DNA of 64,000 nucleotides from Clostridia bacterium (GCA_017456145.1 JAFTJZ010000085.1:10463-74462), one strand, 5' to 3'; shown: positions 1 through 10,381, numbered from the stretch's first letter. Numbers and translations are program-made. The notes: generated from the sequence alone by a model not told the origin.

Positions 1-2020
1 GAATCTCTGCCCAGACCTTTGCGGAGGTATCGGAGATATACTTGATCAGCTCGGTATCCAGTGTCTCAACATAATAGAATATCTCATCAGCATCCTCTGC
101 CATGGCATCCTCCTCCTCAGAGGTCAGCTCATTAGCAAAGCTAAAGCCCAGCAGCGGGTCGACCTGCGACTCTCTGTTCTGCTGCTTTGCATACTCCCAG
201 ACCTCGACGTTGGTGCCCTCGGGAACGTATGCGATAAACTCGTTACCGGTCTTGGCGATATCCATGTTATACGCATTGTTGGCGGTCATCTTTGCGGAGC
301 CATCCTCATTGAGCGTATAGTTAACACCCTCAATACCGTACTGGAACAGATTGCGGAACTCTGCATCGGTGTTCAAGAGAGTGATGACCTGCATACTTCT
401 GGAAAGATTGGAGGTGTAAGCGCTGATTGCGAACATATTCGCATAGATATCCTCATCGGCAGCCTTGGGGTAGTCAACGACGACAACGTAATTGTCATCC
501 TCATAGTCCTCAACCACGGACGCATCGCCGCTGACAAAGGAGATCGCGCTCTTCTGTCCCTCGGCGGGCGTACCGAAGTAGCCTGCAAACTCATACTCCT
601 TCAGGTTCATCAAGGACTCCACATAGCCATCGTCGGCAAGTAGGTTGGTGAACGTCATGGCGGTAGAACCGCGGGTAACGAGCTCATCCGGTGCATAAGC
701 GTGACCCAAAATGGAGAAGGTGCCGGGATTGATCGCAAGGGTGGCAGGATCGATCGACCAGTAGTGAGCGATCAGGCTCATACAATAGTCAACGTCACCG
801 TTGATGGGCAGAACGTCGGGCTCATAGGTTGCGATATCCTCGATAAAGGATGCAACGTCAACGATGCTGTGCACGTTCTCAACCGTACCGGTGTAGTAAT
901 ATTTATCGAACAGCTCCTTGTCGATGAGCATATAGGTGTACTCACCGATGACGTTGTTGTTCGGAATCGCATAGGTAGAACCGTCAACCTTGACTGCGTT
1001 GAGCAGAGAGGTGGAAACGTAGCTGCTGATCGCCTTGGAGCTGCCGGAAAGCTCGGAGTCCAGGGCAACAATCCACTCATTCTCAATGTATTCGGTGTAT
1101 TTGTCGTAGCCGGAGATATAAATGATGTCGACCTGATGATCCTCGACCTCGGGGTAAACGGTGGTATCCACGATCATGTTACCCTCTTCGTCACGGATGA
1201 TCTGATCTTCATCCTCTTCTTCCTCTTCCTCTTCCTCCTCGTCCTCTTCAGCCTCAATGAAGGAATCCTTATGCTCCTCGATCAGATCGAACAGTTGCTC
1301 CATGATGTCGATTGTAGATTGAGTCATATAGATGTAGTTCTTCTTGACATCGGTAGCCGCAGGGGGATTCTCCAGCTCGCTCCTCATGGTAGCGATCAGT
1401 GCGTCGCGGTCCTCAAGGAATGCGTCTGCCATCTCATACTCGACCAGCTGACCAACGACTTCGATCAGCATCTCCTCCAGCTCCTCATCGGAGACAGTGG
1501 TGCCCAGATAATCCTCGTTGGTGCTCGTGCCGGTGACGACGGAGTTGATCTCCTTGATCGCATCGATAAAATATGTAAAGAACAGCTCATCTCTGTCTGC
1601 CTCGGCAACCTCGCCGTTCTTGTATGCACCGGTTACATCGTTGCTTGCCTTCTTGGTAACCTTTGCAACTGCAGCTGCCAGCGTCTTGAGCGAGGCAAGG
1701 CGCTCGGTCTCGGCAATGGCTGCTTCCAGCTTTTCATAATATTCATCCATAGTCAGATAACGGATGACCAGATCCGTCTTATACTTGGACTTGGTGATCT
1801 CAGCCATGGCTTTTTGAACGTCGGCTGCCTGCTCGGGATCGGTTCCCTCCTCGGTAACCACCCACATCACAAGGGTGCTGGCCGCGTTAGCCTGTTCATC
1901 AAGGAGCTCCTGCTCGATCTCCTCGGCGCTCTTTTCCTGAGAACAACCGGTCAGCGCAACAGCGCATACAGAGAGCAGCATTGCCACGGTAAGCAACACA
2001 CTGACAATCTTGTTTTTCAT
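1..2020 (-). CDS. ABC-transporter substrate-binding lipoprotein (family-1 SBP with LipO/DUF3502-like C-terminal region). The 3' end lies beyond the window start.
   Basis: From my own minus-strand translation. ATG at 2018-2020 is preceded by GGAGGA, and the frame stays open to position 1; it is absent from the ORF track because it has no stop in the window. The N-terminus MKNKIVSVLLTVAMLLSVCAVALTGCSQ is a signal peptide plus lipobox Cys. The distal part (LFQYGIEGVNYTLNEDG...PLLGFSF) is typical of sugar-type SBPs. There is an internal acidic insert, EAEEDEEEEEEEEEDED. Confidence 0.75.
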   Translation of the reverse strand, partial: MKNKIVSVLLTVAMLLSVCAVALTGCSQEKSAEEIEQELLDEQANAASTLVMWVVTEEGTDPEQAADVQKAMAEITKSKYKTDLVIRYLTMDEYYEKLEAAIAETERLASLKTLAAAVAKVTKKASNDVTGAYKNGEVAEADRDELFFTYFIDAIKEINSVVTGTSTNEDYLGTTVSDEELEEMLIEVVGQLVEYEMADAFLEDRDALIATMRSELENPPAATDVKKNYIYMTQSTIDIMEQLFDLIEEHKDSFIEAEEDEEEEEEEEEDEDQIIRDEEGNMIVDTTVYPEVEDHQVDIIYISGYDKYTEYIENEWIVALDSELSGSSKAISSYVSTSLLNAVKVDGSTYAIPNNNVIGEYTYMLIDKELFDKYYYTGTVENVHSIVDVASFIEDIATYEPDVLPINGDVDYCMSLIAHYWSIDPATLAINPGTFSILGHAYAPDELVTRGSTAMTFTNLLADDGYVESLMNLKEYEFAGYFGTPAEGQKSAISFVSGDASVVEDYEDDNYVVVVDYPKAADEDIYANMFAISAYTSNLSRSMQVITLLNTDAEFRNLFQYGIEGVNYTLNEDGSAKMTANNAYNMDIAKTGNEFIAYVPEGTNVEVWEYAKQQNRESQVDPLLGFSFANELTSEEEDAMAEDADEIFYYVETLDTELIKYISDTSAKVWAEI

Positions 2021-2095
2021 AAATGTTCCTCCTATACGTTTCCCGTCACACCTCCATTTCGGGAGAGTGCACCGTGATACATCAATACTTATAAT

Positions 2096-2124
2096 ATTTT
2101 ACACGAAAAAAGTGTTTCTGTCAA
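2096..2124 (-). promoter_or_regulatory. Putative sigma-A promoter for the SBP lipoprotein gene
   Basis: On the minus strand: TTGACA (2119-2124), a 17-nt spacer, then TAAAAT (2096-2101), about 75 nt upstream of the ATG at 2020. Confidence 0.35.
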
Positions 2125-2391
2125 GAGATTTTTTTATTTCTGCCGAAACTCTTTTTGCAGAAACCGATTTTTTGGAAACAAAGCGTTAACAATTGAACAG
2201 CACTTTGCACAATTTTTGAAGGCATTTTTCTACACCCCATCCAAACAATTCAGCATCATGCACAAATATCCAACACGCTTTTTATGCATCATAAACAAAT
2301 AATTTTGAACTTTTTGAAAATTTTGCTTTTTTACATCTCCAAACCACAAATAAATGTTTCCGGGCGAAAAAAGGCGGTAATTTACGGGTGA

Positions 2392-3513
2392 TCAATCCAA
2401 AAATCCACGCAAATGACGAGCGCGGCTGGGGTGGCGGAGCTTACGCAGTGCCTTTGCCTCGATCTGTCGGATACGCTCACGGGTGATATCGAATTCCTTG
2501 CCGACCTCCTCCAGGGTTCTTGTGCCGCCGTCGTAAAGACCGAAACGCAGCTTGATGACGTGCTCCTCGCGCGGAGTCAGGGTATGCAGCTCGCGCTCGA
2601 TGACCTCACGTAAAATAGTCGCCGACGCAGCGTCCACGGGGGCGGGTGTATCGTCGTCGGGGATGAAGTCGCCAAGGTGGCTGTCCTCCTCCTCACCGAT
2701 GGGGGTCTCCAGCGAGACGGGGTCCTGCGCGATCTTCATGATCTCGCGCACCTTCTCGGCGCTCATGCCCATCTTCTCCCCGATCTCCTCGGCGGTTGCC
2801 TCGCGCCCCAGCTCCTGCAGCATCTGGCGGGAATAACGTGAAACCTTGTGGATGGTTTCCACCATGTGCACAGGGATACGAATGGTTCTCGCCTGATCAG
2901 CAATGGCGCGGGTGATCGCCTGACGGATCCACCACGTCGCGTAGGTGGAGAATTTATAGCCCTTGGTGTGATCGAACTTATCCACCGCCTTCATCAGGCC
3001 CAGATTACCCTCCTGAATCAGATCCAAAAAGTACATACCGCGGCCGACGTATCTTTTAGCGATAGAGACGACCAGTCTGAGGTTTGCCTCAACCAGCTCG
3101 TTTTTCGCGTCCTCATCGCCCTGTGCCATCAGCTCAGCCAGCTCATGCTCACGCTCGTTGGTCAAAAGCGGCACGCGGCCGATCTCCTTGAGATACATAC
3201 GCACGGGGTCATCGACCGCCAAGCCCTCCTGCTCCAGCAGAGATTTCATGCCCTCTCCCGAGCCGAACTGCTTGATTTCCTGCTCGATCTCGTTCATTTC
3301 GGCGCTGGAAATATCGCCCGGCAGCGGAATACCGTTGTTCTCCAGTGTCTCATAAAGTCTGTCAAGCGAGTCGATGTCATAGTCCATCGTCTCCAGCGCA
3401 GCATCCAGATCGCTCTCCGAGAGATCGCCCTTCTTCCCTTTGGCGATCAGCTCGTCCACGTCAAATTCAAGTCTTTCCTCGTCTGCACGAGATTTCATAC
3501 CGTCTTTTTTCAT
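2392..3513 (-). CDS. rpoD: RNA polymerase primary sigma factor (sigma-70/SigA)
   Basis: Sigma-70 motifs are present: [26 protein letters not shown], and region 4.2 [30 protein letters not shown] moved the start from 3528 to the ATG at 3511-3513 (MKKDGMK), which has AAAGGA about 7 nt upstream. It is the last gene of the conserved dgt-dnaG-rpoD order. Confidence 0.95.
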   Translation of the reverse strand: MKKDGMKSRADEERLEFDVDELIAKGKKGDLSESDLDAALETMDYDIDSLDRLYETLENNGIPLPGDISSAEMNEIEQEIKQFGSGEGMKSLLEQEGLAVDDPVRMYLKEIGRVPLLTNEREHELAELMAQGDEDAKNELVEANLRLVVSIAKRYVGRGMYFLDLIQEGNLGLMKAVDKFDHTKGYKFSTYATWWIRQAITRAIADQARTIRIPVHMVETIHKVSRYSRQMLQELGREATAEEIGEKMGMSAEKVREIMKIAQDPVSLETPIGEEEDSHLGDFIPDDDTPAPVDAASATILREVIERELHTLTPREEHVIKLRFGLYDGGTRTLEEVGKEFDITRERIRQIEAKALRKLRHPSRARHLRGFLD

Positions 3514-3570
3514 AAACAATCCTTTCATTTATGTATCATAATTTTCAACATCATTTATTCACATCCGCGC

Positions 3571-5373
3571 TCATTGTGCGGGAGTGTTCTTGGAATTTTT
3601 CACGGCTTTTCTTGCCAGAATGTCGGCAATGCTGGAGAGCACGTCCTCACTCGCCCGCCCGTCCGATCTCGCCTTGGCATCCTTGAGCGCCGCGGCACTC
3701 TGGCGGAACACCTCGGGGCCGTTGCGGCTCAACGCCCGCCTTTGCTGCTCCATCTGCTGCAGCCGCCCCATTTCCTCGGGACTAAAGTTCTGTCCGAGCA
3801 GAGCGTGGGCATACCCCGTGGGAGCCTTCTGCAGCTCCATAATGGCGGTAAAGGCGCGTTTCCCGAAGGCGGTGAAGAAATCATCCTCACATAGAGCAAC
3901 CTCTCCCGAGAGCACGGAGGAGCGATATTCATCAAATATCATCAGCAGCCCCAGCACGACGCTCTCTGCGCTTGATGCCTGCACGTTTTTGATGGTATCG
4001 GGGTTGATACGATCCCCCACACCGCGAATATCCGCCTGTGCGCGGCGGCTTTGCGCCTCTCGGCTCTCCTTGATCCGCTTGCGGAGCAGCTGATCGACCC
4101 GCCCCTTGAGCACGTCGGTGGAAAGATTGAGTCGCTGAGAGATCTGTCCGATATAGACCTCGCGCTCCACCCCCGAATTATATTCGCTGATCAGCTGGCA
4201 GCACTCTCCCGATGCAGCAATACGCCCCTCGGGGGTCTCAATATCATATTTTGCGAGGATCTGCTCGGATTTATACGCAAATCCCGTACGGCTGACCGAG
4301 AGCAGGCGTCTGAATTTATCCGCGCCGTAGAGCTTGATATATTCGTCCGGATCCTTGGCACCGTTCATCTGGAGCACGCGGACATCAATGCCCACCTCAC
4401 CCAGCTGTTGCATGGCGCGATTGGCGGCTCGTTGCCCCGCCTCGTCACTGTCGTAAGAAATGATGACTTTTTTGGTATACTTTGCAAAAATCCGTGCTTG
4501 CTCTGCCGTAATCGCCGTACCAAGCGTGGCAACGGCATTTTCAAAGCCTGCGGCGTGCAAAGCGATGACGTCCATATACCCCTCGCAAAGAATCATAAAT
4601 TCCTCACAATGATTTCTCGCGTAATTGAGCGCGAACAAATTGCGGCTCTTTTTGAAGGCAGGGGTATCGGAGGAGTTGAGGTATTTCGGCTTGGAATCGT
4701 CCATCACGCGTCCGCCGAAGGCGATGATATTGCCCGAGGTGTCGATGATGGGAAACATGACGCGGTTACGAAAATAATCGTACGCCCGCCCCGTTTTCTG
4801 ACTTTTCCCGCACAAAAAGGCGGTGATCAGCTCCTCATCGGTATATCCGAGCTTATGCATATAGTCGGTCAGCATACCGAAGGTGGCGGGAGCATAGCCC
4901 AGCCCGAAATGCTTGATGGTGGCACCGCTGAGCCGCCGTTGCTCGGATAGGTAGCGCATAGCCTCCCCACCGATGGCAGGGTCAAACAAGCATTGACGGA
5001 AGAACTTGGCGGCGGCAAGGTTCATCTCACAGACGCGGCGGCGGGTCAGCTCGTTTTTCCGGCCGGGGCCGCTCCCCTTGCCGTCCTGCGGAATATCAAT
5101 CCCTGCGCGGGCAGCCAGAAACTCCACCGCGCCGATATAGTCCAAATGCTCTGCCCGTTCAATAAAGGTGATCACGTCTCCCCCCGCACTGCAGCCAAAG
5201 CAATAAAAGCTCTGTGTGTTGGGGAATACGGTAAACGACGGGCTTTTCTCACTGTGGAAGGGGCAAAGTCCGTTCAGATTTGACCCTGCGCGCTTGAGCG
5301 TCACATACGAGCCGATCACCTGCTCGATCTCGCTGCGAGCCACGATATCCTCGATCACTTCTCTTGGGATCAT
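3571..5373 (-). CDS. dnaG: DNA primase
   Basis: CHC2 zinc-finger motif CPFHSEKSPSFTV...FYCFGC. TOPRIM motifs LCEGYMDVIAL and SYDSDEAGQRA. GGAGG lies about 6 nt upstream of the ATG. Confidence 0.95.
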   Translation of the reverse strand: MIPREVIEDIVARSEIEQVIGSYVTLKRAGSNLNGLCPFHSEKSPSFTVFPNTQSFYCFGCSAGGDVITFIERAEHLDYIGAVEFLAARAGIDIPQDGKGSGPGRKNELTRRRVCEMNLAAAKFFRQCLFDPAIGGEAMRYLSEQRRLSGATIKHFGLGYAPATFGMLTDYMHKLGYTDEELITAFLCGKSQKTGRAYDYFRNRVMFPIIDTSGNIIAFGGRVMDDSKPKYLNSSDTPAFKKSRNLFALNYARNHCEEFMILCEGYMDVIALHAAGFENAVATLGTAITAEQARIFAKYTKKVIISYDSDEAGQRAANRAMQQLGEVGIDVRVLQMNGAKDPDEYIKLYGADKFRRLLSVSRTGFAYKSEQILAKYDIETPEGRIAASGECCQLISEYNSGVEREVYIGQISQRLNLSTDVLKGRVDQLLRKRIKESREAQSRRAQADIRGVGDRINPDTIKNVQASSAESVVLGLLMIFDEYRSSVLSGEVALCEDDFFTAFGKRAFTAIMELQKAPTGYAHALLGQNFSPEEMGRLQQMEQQRRALSRNGPEVFRQSAAALKDAKARSDGRASEDVLSSIADILARKAVKNSKNTPAQ

Positions 5374-5430
5374 ATGCTCCCTCCTCTCTTCAACTTTTTC
5401 ACGTATTTTGATGTAAAAGGCGTTTCCCTC

Positions 5431-6444
5431 TCAATTTCCGATCCCACGCCAGACATTAGGAACGTAGAGTGCGCGATAGGTCTCAATGGCATAACGATCG
5501 GTCATACCCGAGAGAAAATCGCAAACGCAGCGTTCGACAGACTCCTCCTCCATATTCTTCCGATACAGGGCGGGCATCGCGTCGGGATGCTTGACATAGT
5601 GCTCAAACAGGCGGATCAGCAGCTCCTCGGATTTTTTCTCCTCACCCTTGGCAACAGGATTTTTATAAACCCGTTCGAATAGAAAATCTCGCAGCTGCAT
5701 GGTCGCATCCATGATGTGCGGCTCCATGGAAATGGCACTTTTGTCGGTGCTCGCGCGAATGATCGAGGTAACCATGGTGTTGATGCGCTCTCCATGCGAG
5801 TGCCCCAGCACCTCCCGCAAGCTTTCAGGAATATCGTCCGAGCGCAAAATCCCCGCACGGCAGGCGTCGTCAATGTCGTGATTGATGTAGGCAATGCGGT
5901 CGGCAAATTTGACCAGCACGCCCTCAAGCGTCGCTGCCATGCACTCGCCCGTGTGGTTGAGAATGCCGTCGCGCACCTCCCACGTCAGATTGAGTCCCTT
6001 GCCTCCCCGCTCCAGCTTTTCCACCACGCGCAAGCTTTGCTTGTAGTGGGCAAATTCGGGATCAAAGCACCGACGCATGGCAACCTCTCCCGCATGACCG
6101 AAGGGAGTATGCCCGAGATCGTGTCCAAGACCGATCGCCTCGGTCAGATCCTCATTGAGATGCAGCGCCCTTGCCAGCGTTCGTGCGATCTGGGTGACCT
6201 CCAGCGTGTGCGTCAGGCGGGTACGATAATGATCACCCACGGGGGCAAGGAAGACCTGCGTCTTGTTCATCAATCGGCGAAACGATTGACAATGAATGAT
6301 GCGGTCGCGGTCGCGCTGATACTCGGTGCGGATATCCCCCACCTCCAGCGGATCTTCGCGTCCGCGGCAATCGGCATTTTTCGCCGCATAGGGCGACAAA
6401 TAGCTATCCGCATGGCGGGCGTAATCGGCATACGACATCTCCAT
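5431..6444 (-). CDS. dgt: dGTP triphosphohydrolase-like HD-domain phosphohydrolase
   Basis: HD motifs TRLTHTLEVTQIAR and GLGHDLGHTPFGH. GGAGGAGG ribosome-binding site. It sits at the typical position upstream of dnaG. Confidence 0.85.
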   Translation of the reverse strand: MEMSYADYARHADSYLSPYAAKNADCRGREDPLEVGDIRTEYQRDRDRIIHCQSFRRLMNKTQVFLAPVGDHYRTRLTHTLEVTQIARTLARALHLNEDLTEAIGLGHDLGHTPFGHAGEVAMRRCFDPEFAHYKQSLRVVEKLERGGKGLNLTWEVRDGILNHTGECMAATLEGVLVKFADRIAYINHDIDDACRAGILRSDDIPESLREVLGHSHGERINTMVTSIIRASTDKSAISMEPHIMDATMQLRDFLFERVYKNPVAKGEEKKSEELLIRLFEHYVKHPDAMPALYRKNMEEESVERCVCDFLSGMTDRYAIETYRALYVPNVWRGIGN

Positions 6445-6570
6445 GAGCGTCCTCCTCCCGTATAGGTGTCCGCGCGCTTCGCATCATAACGGCGACGGCG
6501 TGCGGACACGGAGCATCGATCTTCACTTACTGTATATAATATACGCAAAAATTTTGAATTTTACTTTTTT

Positions 6571-6670
6571 TGCGACAATATTTTTTTGACTTTTCTGCGC
6601 GAAATTTGCGACCGACCGCGCCCACACATCCCATATTTCAACACAAACCGCGCCCACTTTCTGTTATACT
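6571..6670 (+). promoter_or_regulatory. Candidate spoIIG-type promoter region with Spo0A-box-like elements
   Basis: TATACT (6665-6670) lies 30 nt before the spoIIGA ATG. A weak -35-like TTCAAC (6637-6642) sits at an unusual 22-nt spacing. Two sites, at 6571-6577 and 6607-6613, read TGTCGCA and GGTCGCA on the minus strand, against the 0A-box consensus TGTCGAA. Confidence 0.3.
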
Positions 6671-6700
6671 GAGAGTACAACGAACAAAAGGGGGGGCGTC

Positions 6701-7594
6701 ATGGAGATCGAGGTCTACGGTGATCTGCTGTTTTTGGTCAATTTCAGCATGGACTTTCTCACGCTGTATCTGTGTGCACGACTGAGCGCACGTCCGCTGA
6801 GGCTGTGGCGGTCGTTGCTCTCCGCCGCATTGGGAGCGCTTTACGCGCTGGCTATTCTATTTCTCCCCGCAAAGCTGCCCACACTCCTCGGAATCGTTGC
6901 GGATGCTCTTGTCTGCATGCTGCTTTGCGCTGTCGGCCTCTATCAAAGGGGCGAGAGTCTGCGGGTGCTTTGGCGGCTGGGGGCGATCTACATACTGATC
7001 AGTGCATTGCTCGGCGGCATCATGACGGTGTTGTCCTCCGCGCTCAATCGCGTGGTCAGCCAAGATGCACTGCGCGCCGCACAGGGGGAGCAGGATGTAA
7101 GCTTTGCACTTTTTTCGGTGCTCGCGCCGCTTACCGCAGGACTTTGCTTGATTTTATGTCGGGCACATCGCCGCGCAGCAGCGAGAAGGACGGTTCTTCT
7201 GCATATCGTTCAGGGAGATCGGCAGTGCACCCTCAACGCACTGTGCGACAGCGGCAATCTGCTGCGCGATCCGATCAGCGCCCGCCCCGTCATCCCCGTG
7301 GATCTGGATGCGGCAGCGGCTTGTCTCCCCGCGCCGCTGACCGCCGCGCTGCGTGATGCGCACCCCATCGCCCGCACCGCCGCCCTCCCCGACACGCTGA
7401 TGCTGCGCACTCGTCTCATCCCCGCCAAAGGCGCGACAGGGGAGCAGATGCTGCTTGCCTATCAGGCAGATCACGTCTATCTGGACACAGGCAAGGGCGG
7501 GCGACGGGAGATCGTCGCCTACATTGCGCCCGTGCCTCTTCCCGACAAAAGCGAATACACCGCCATCCTCCCTGCCGAGCTGCTGACTCGCTGA
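6701..7594 (+). CDS. spoIIGA: Sigma-E processing aspartic peptidase SpoIIGA
   Basis: Multi-TM N-terminus VYGDLLFLVNFSMDFLTLYL. C-terminal motif LCDSGNLLRDPISARPV (DSGN active site). It lies directly upstream of sigE. Confidence 0.9.
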   Translation: MEIEVYGDLLFLVNFSMDFLTLYLCARLSARPLRLWRSLLSAALGALYALAILFLPAKLPTLLGIVADALVCMLLCAVGLYQRGESLRVLWRLGAIYILISALLGGIMTVLSSALNRVVSQDALRAAQGEQDVSFALFSVLAPLTAGLCLILCRAHRRAAARRTVLLHIVQGDRQCTLNALCDSGNLLRDPISARPVIPVDLDAAAACLPAPLTAALRDAHPIARTAALPDTLMLRTRLIPAKGATGEQMLLAYQADHVYLDTGKGGRREIVAYIAPVPLPDKSEYTAILPAELLTR

Positions 7595-7629
7595 CATCCG
7601 AACGATCAACCAACGAAAGGAAAAGAATC

Positions 7630-8346
7630 ATGAACCATTTCAAAGCCCGTCTCCGCGCTCTGTATCTGTCTGTTTGCCGTCTGCTTTACGGGCGGCGCAA
7701 GCAAGAGATTTTTTACATCAACGGTCCCGACACACTCCCCTCGCCGCTGTCTGCCGAGGAGGAAAAGGAGGCCATCGACCGTCTGCCGGACGACCCCTGT
7801 GCGCACGATCTTCTGGTGGAGCACAATCTGCGTCTGGTCGTCTTTATTGCCAAGCGGTTTGAAAACACGGGGGTCGGCATCGAGGATCTGATCTCCATCG
7901 GCACGGTGGGACTGATCAAAGCGATCAACACCTTCCGCACCGATAAAAATATCAAGCTGGCGACCTACGCCTCCCGCTGCATCGAAAACGAAATTTTGAT
8001 GTACATACGAAAAAACAGCGCCCTGCGCGGACAGCTGAGCATCGACGAGCCGCTGGGGGCTGACAAGGAGGGGGGCGAGCTGTATCTTTCGGATATTCTG
8101 AGCAGTGACGAGCAGGACATCGCCTCCGAGCTTGCCGAGCAGGAGGAACGGCAGGCCATTCGCGCGTGCGTGGACCGTCTGGACGACCGCGAGCGTCTGA
8201 TCATCGAGCTGCGATACGGGCTGCGAGACAACCGCGAGTTGACCCAGAAGGAGGTCGCCGACCTGCTCGGCATCTCCCAATCCTACATTTCGCGTCTGGA
8301 GAAAAAGATCCTGGCGCGAATGAAGGGGGAGTTGGAGAAATTATAA
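7630..8346 (+). CDS. sigE: Sporulation sigma factor SigE (pro-sigma-E)
   Basis: N-terminal pro-sequence followed by FYINGPDTLPSPLSAEEE. Region 2 HNLRLVVFIAKRF. Region 4.2 TQKEVADLLGISQSYISRLEKKIL. Confidence 0.93.
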   Translation: MNHFKARLRALYLSVCRLLYGRRKQEIFYINGPDTLPSPLSAEEEKEAIDRLPDDPCAHDLLVEHNLRLVVFIAKRFENTGVGIEDLISIGTVGLIKAINTFRTDKNIKLATYASRCIENEILMYIRKNSALRGQLSIDEPLGADKEGGELYLSDILSSDEQDIASELAEQEERQAIRACVDRLDDRERLIIELRYGLRDNRELTQKEVADLLGISQSYISRLEKKILARMKGELEKL

Positions 8347-8353
8347 AGCAATT

Positions 8354-8412
8354 GGGGCTGCGTCATTCGCGCAGCCCCGGCGTACAAAAAGCACCACCAC
8401 GGGTGCTTTTTT
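8354..8412. terminator. Bidirectional intrinsic terminator between sigE and the convergent MFS gene
   Basis: Hairpin GGGGCTGCG/CGCAGCCCC (8354-8378), then GCACC-ACCAC-GGGTGC followed by TTTTTT (8391-8412) and preceded by an A-run. Confidence 0.6.
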
Positions 8413-8414
8413 GT

Positions 8415-9707
8415 TTATTTCGCTATGATCGGCTTTTTCTCCAACACGAGCTTGGAAAAAAGGATGGCGCCGATCAGAATGAGCGCGGAGATGGCGGAGA
8501 GCAGCTGCTGCCCGTACATGGTCATGCCGAACAGTTGATTGCCGTTTGCCTGCACCGCGTCCAAAATCAAGCCGCCGAGAATTGAGGCGCCAAAGCCGCA
8601 AAGCCCCGAGATGCTGTTCTTGATCGCCGATGCCTCAACGAAATATTTACTGTCCACATAGCTGTAGACGATATTCATCATATTCTGCGCCGTGCCCGCA
8701 TAGGAGACGTTGATCACCAGCGTGAATATGATGACCAACCACCACAAGTGTGGTGTGGTAAACATATTGATGACAAAGGCAATAAGCGCGATGATCATTC
8801 CCAGGCGAATCCCCTTCACATAGGACCTCTTATCGGCATAAGCGGCAAAGGGCTTGGTCAAAAGGAACCGCGCCAGGCACCCGGCAATATTGATCAACTG
8901 CACCGCACCGACCGAAAGCAGAAGATCCTTGGTCTTATAGACCCCCATAAAGCCCATAGTCATGTATGTAGACGCTTGGATCAGTGTGCCGAGGATCACG
9001 ACACAGACAAAGCTCTTGTTGGTCAAAAGCTGCTTGACCACCTGCCAAAACGGTGTTACCTGCGCACGGTCAACGCGCTCGTGCGTCTGATTCTTCATCA
9101 GCATCAGGCATATGAAATCTCCCAGATTGAAGACAAGCATCATGCAGGCGATAAACAGGAATCCGCCCGTCACGTTGCCCGCCTCGGTAAAGCTGTCGAC
9201 CGCGTGGCCGACGCCAAGGCTGACCACCGTACCGGCAAGCAGCGAGATCATTTCTTTGGTACCCGCAAAATTCGCGCGCCGATTGGGATTCACAAAGGAA
9301 TTTCCCCACTTGAAGATGACCGAAACGACCAGATAATTACCGAAATAGCCGAACAGCACGCAAGCGATCACGGCGACCGTCCGCAGCTGCGCGGGAATAG
9401 GCAAAAACGGCAGAAGATACAAAAGCAGGAAAAACATCTGCCCGATGCAGTGGATCAGAATCGCGACCTTTTTGACGTTGGTAATGCGCTGTGCCACGAA
9501 AATGGCAGCAAGCTGAAACAAAAACGCCAGTGCGATCAGTGAGGAGATAATGCCGATGACCGCGTCCGGGATCTGCATATGCGAGAGCAGATTGGCAAGA
9601 AACGCATCGGCGACCATCAGTGCAACGAAATATTCAAACGCACATTCCAACGTATATGCCCACCGCGAGCGAGAGTAGTCGGGGGAGCGGAAGATCTGAT
9701 CGTTCAT
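8415..9707 (-). CDS. MFS-type transporter (GPH-like)
   Basis: A 430-aa polytopic hydrophobic protein with about 12 predicted helices by eye. No specific substrate motif recognised. Confidence 0.7.
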   Translation of the reverse strand: MNDQIFRSPDYSRSRWAYTLECAFEYFVALMVADAFLANLLSHMQIPDAVIGIISSLIALAFLFQLAAIFVAQRITNVKKVAILIHCIGQMFFLLLYLLPFLPIPAQLRTVAVIACVLFGYFGNYLVVSVIFKWGNSFVNPNRRANFAGTKEMISLLAGTVVSLGVGHAVDSFTEAGNVTGGFLFIACMMLVFNLGDFICLMLMKNQTHERVDRAQVTPFWQVVKQLLTNKSFVCVVILGTLIQASTYMTMGFMGVYKTKDLLLSVGAVQLINIAGCLARFLLTKPFAAYADKRSYVKGIRLGMIIALIAFVINMFTTPHLWWLVIIFTLVINVSYAGTAQNMMNIVYSYVDSKYFVEASAIKNSISGLCGFGASILGGLILDAVQANGNQLFGMTMYGQQLLSAISALILIGAILFSKLVLEKKPIIAK

Positions 9708-9817
9708 ATCATTTATTCCTTTCCGAAAGGTGATAAACTATTGAACATTGTATCACTCCGCGCAAGTTTTGTCAATGGTTGTTGTGAACAAAAACAGAAA
9801 AAAGTGAAACTGTAATT

Positions 9818-10381
9818 TCAGCAGCATTCCTGACGCACAAGCATGGGTGGCGACACGCCAAGGCACCGTGCCGCATCCTGTGCCGAGTGAACCCACGCGT
9901 CGGTCATCTCCCCCGTCAGCACCAGAGGCATACGATGATGCACGGGGAGAACGGATGCGTTGGCATCGGTGGTGAGAATGACAAAGCGCAGCCCTTCGTT
10001 CGTATGAGTCCAAAGCCCCGCAAGGCAAAACATGGGAGCGTCCGGCAGCCCGAAACGATACTTCACCTTCTGTCTCGACCACTCAAAATATCCCGTCGTC
10101 GGAACCAGACAGCGGCGATGGTAAAAGGCATCGCGAAAGCTGACCTTCTCCTGCACGCTCTCGGCGCGGGCGTTGATGATGACCCCCTTGCCGTCGTATT
10201 TTGGAAAGCCCCATGTCCCCGGCACGGGCGTCTTATCTCTCCCGCACAGCAGCGGCACCGTCTCGGTCGGATAGATTTCGCCCGACTTCAGTTGCACCTC
10301 GGGATAGCTCATGCGCAGCTCACGGTAAAGAGCCCGCATATCAATACTCGTATCTTCTTCGGCTGTGTAGCGTCCGCACAT
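9818..10381 (-). CDS. SOS-response-associated peptidase (SRAP/YedK/HMCES family) abasic-site processing protein
   Basis: N-terminal MCGRY (catalytic Cys2), TGYFEW, and HHRMPLVL motifs. Confidence 0.9.
   Translation of the reverse strand: MCGRYTAEEDTSIDMRALYRELRMSYPEVQLKSGEIYPTETVPLLCGRDKTPVPGTWGFPKYDGKGVIINARAESVQEKVSFRDAFYHRRCLVPTTGYFEWSRQKVKYRFGLPDAPMFCLAGLWTHTNEGLRFVILTTDANASVLPVHHRMPLVLTGEMTDAWVHSAQDAARCLGVSPPMLVRQECC

Noticed and set aside
701-2077. A 458-aa plus-strand ORF covering most of the first 2 kb
   Set aside because: It is the antisense shadow of the lipoprotein SBP gene. Its translation is low-complexity (runs of L/V/D/G, FLFLFLL), it has no ribosome-binding site, and the minus-strand frame has a clean signal peptide and SBP motifs.
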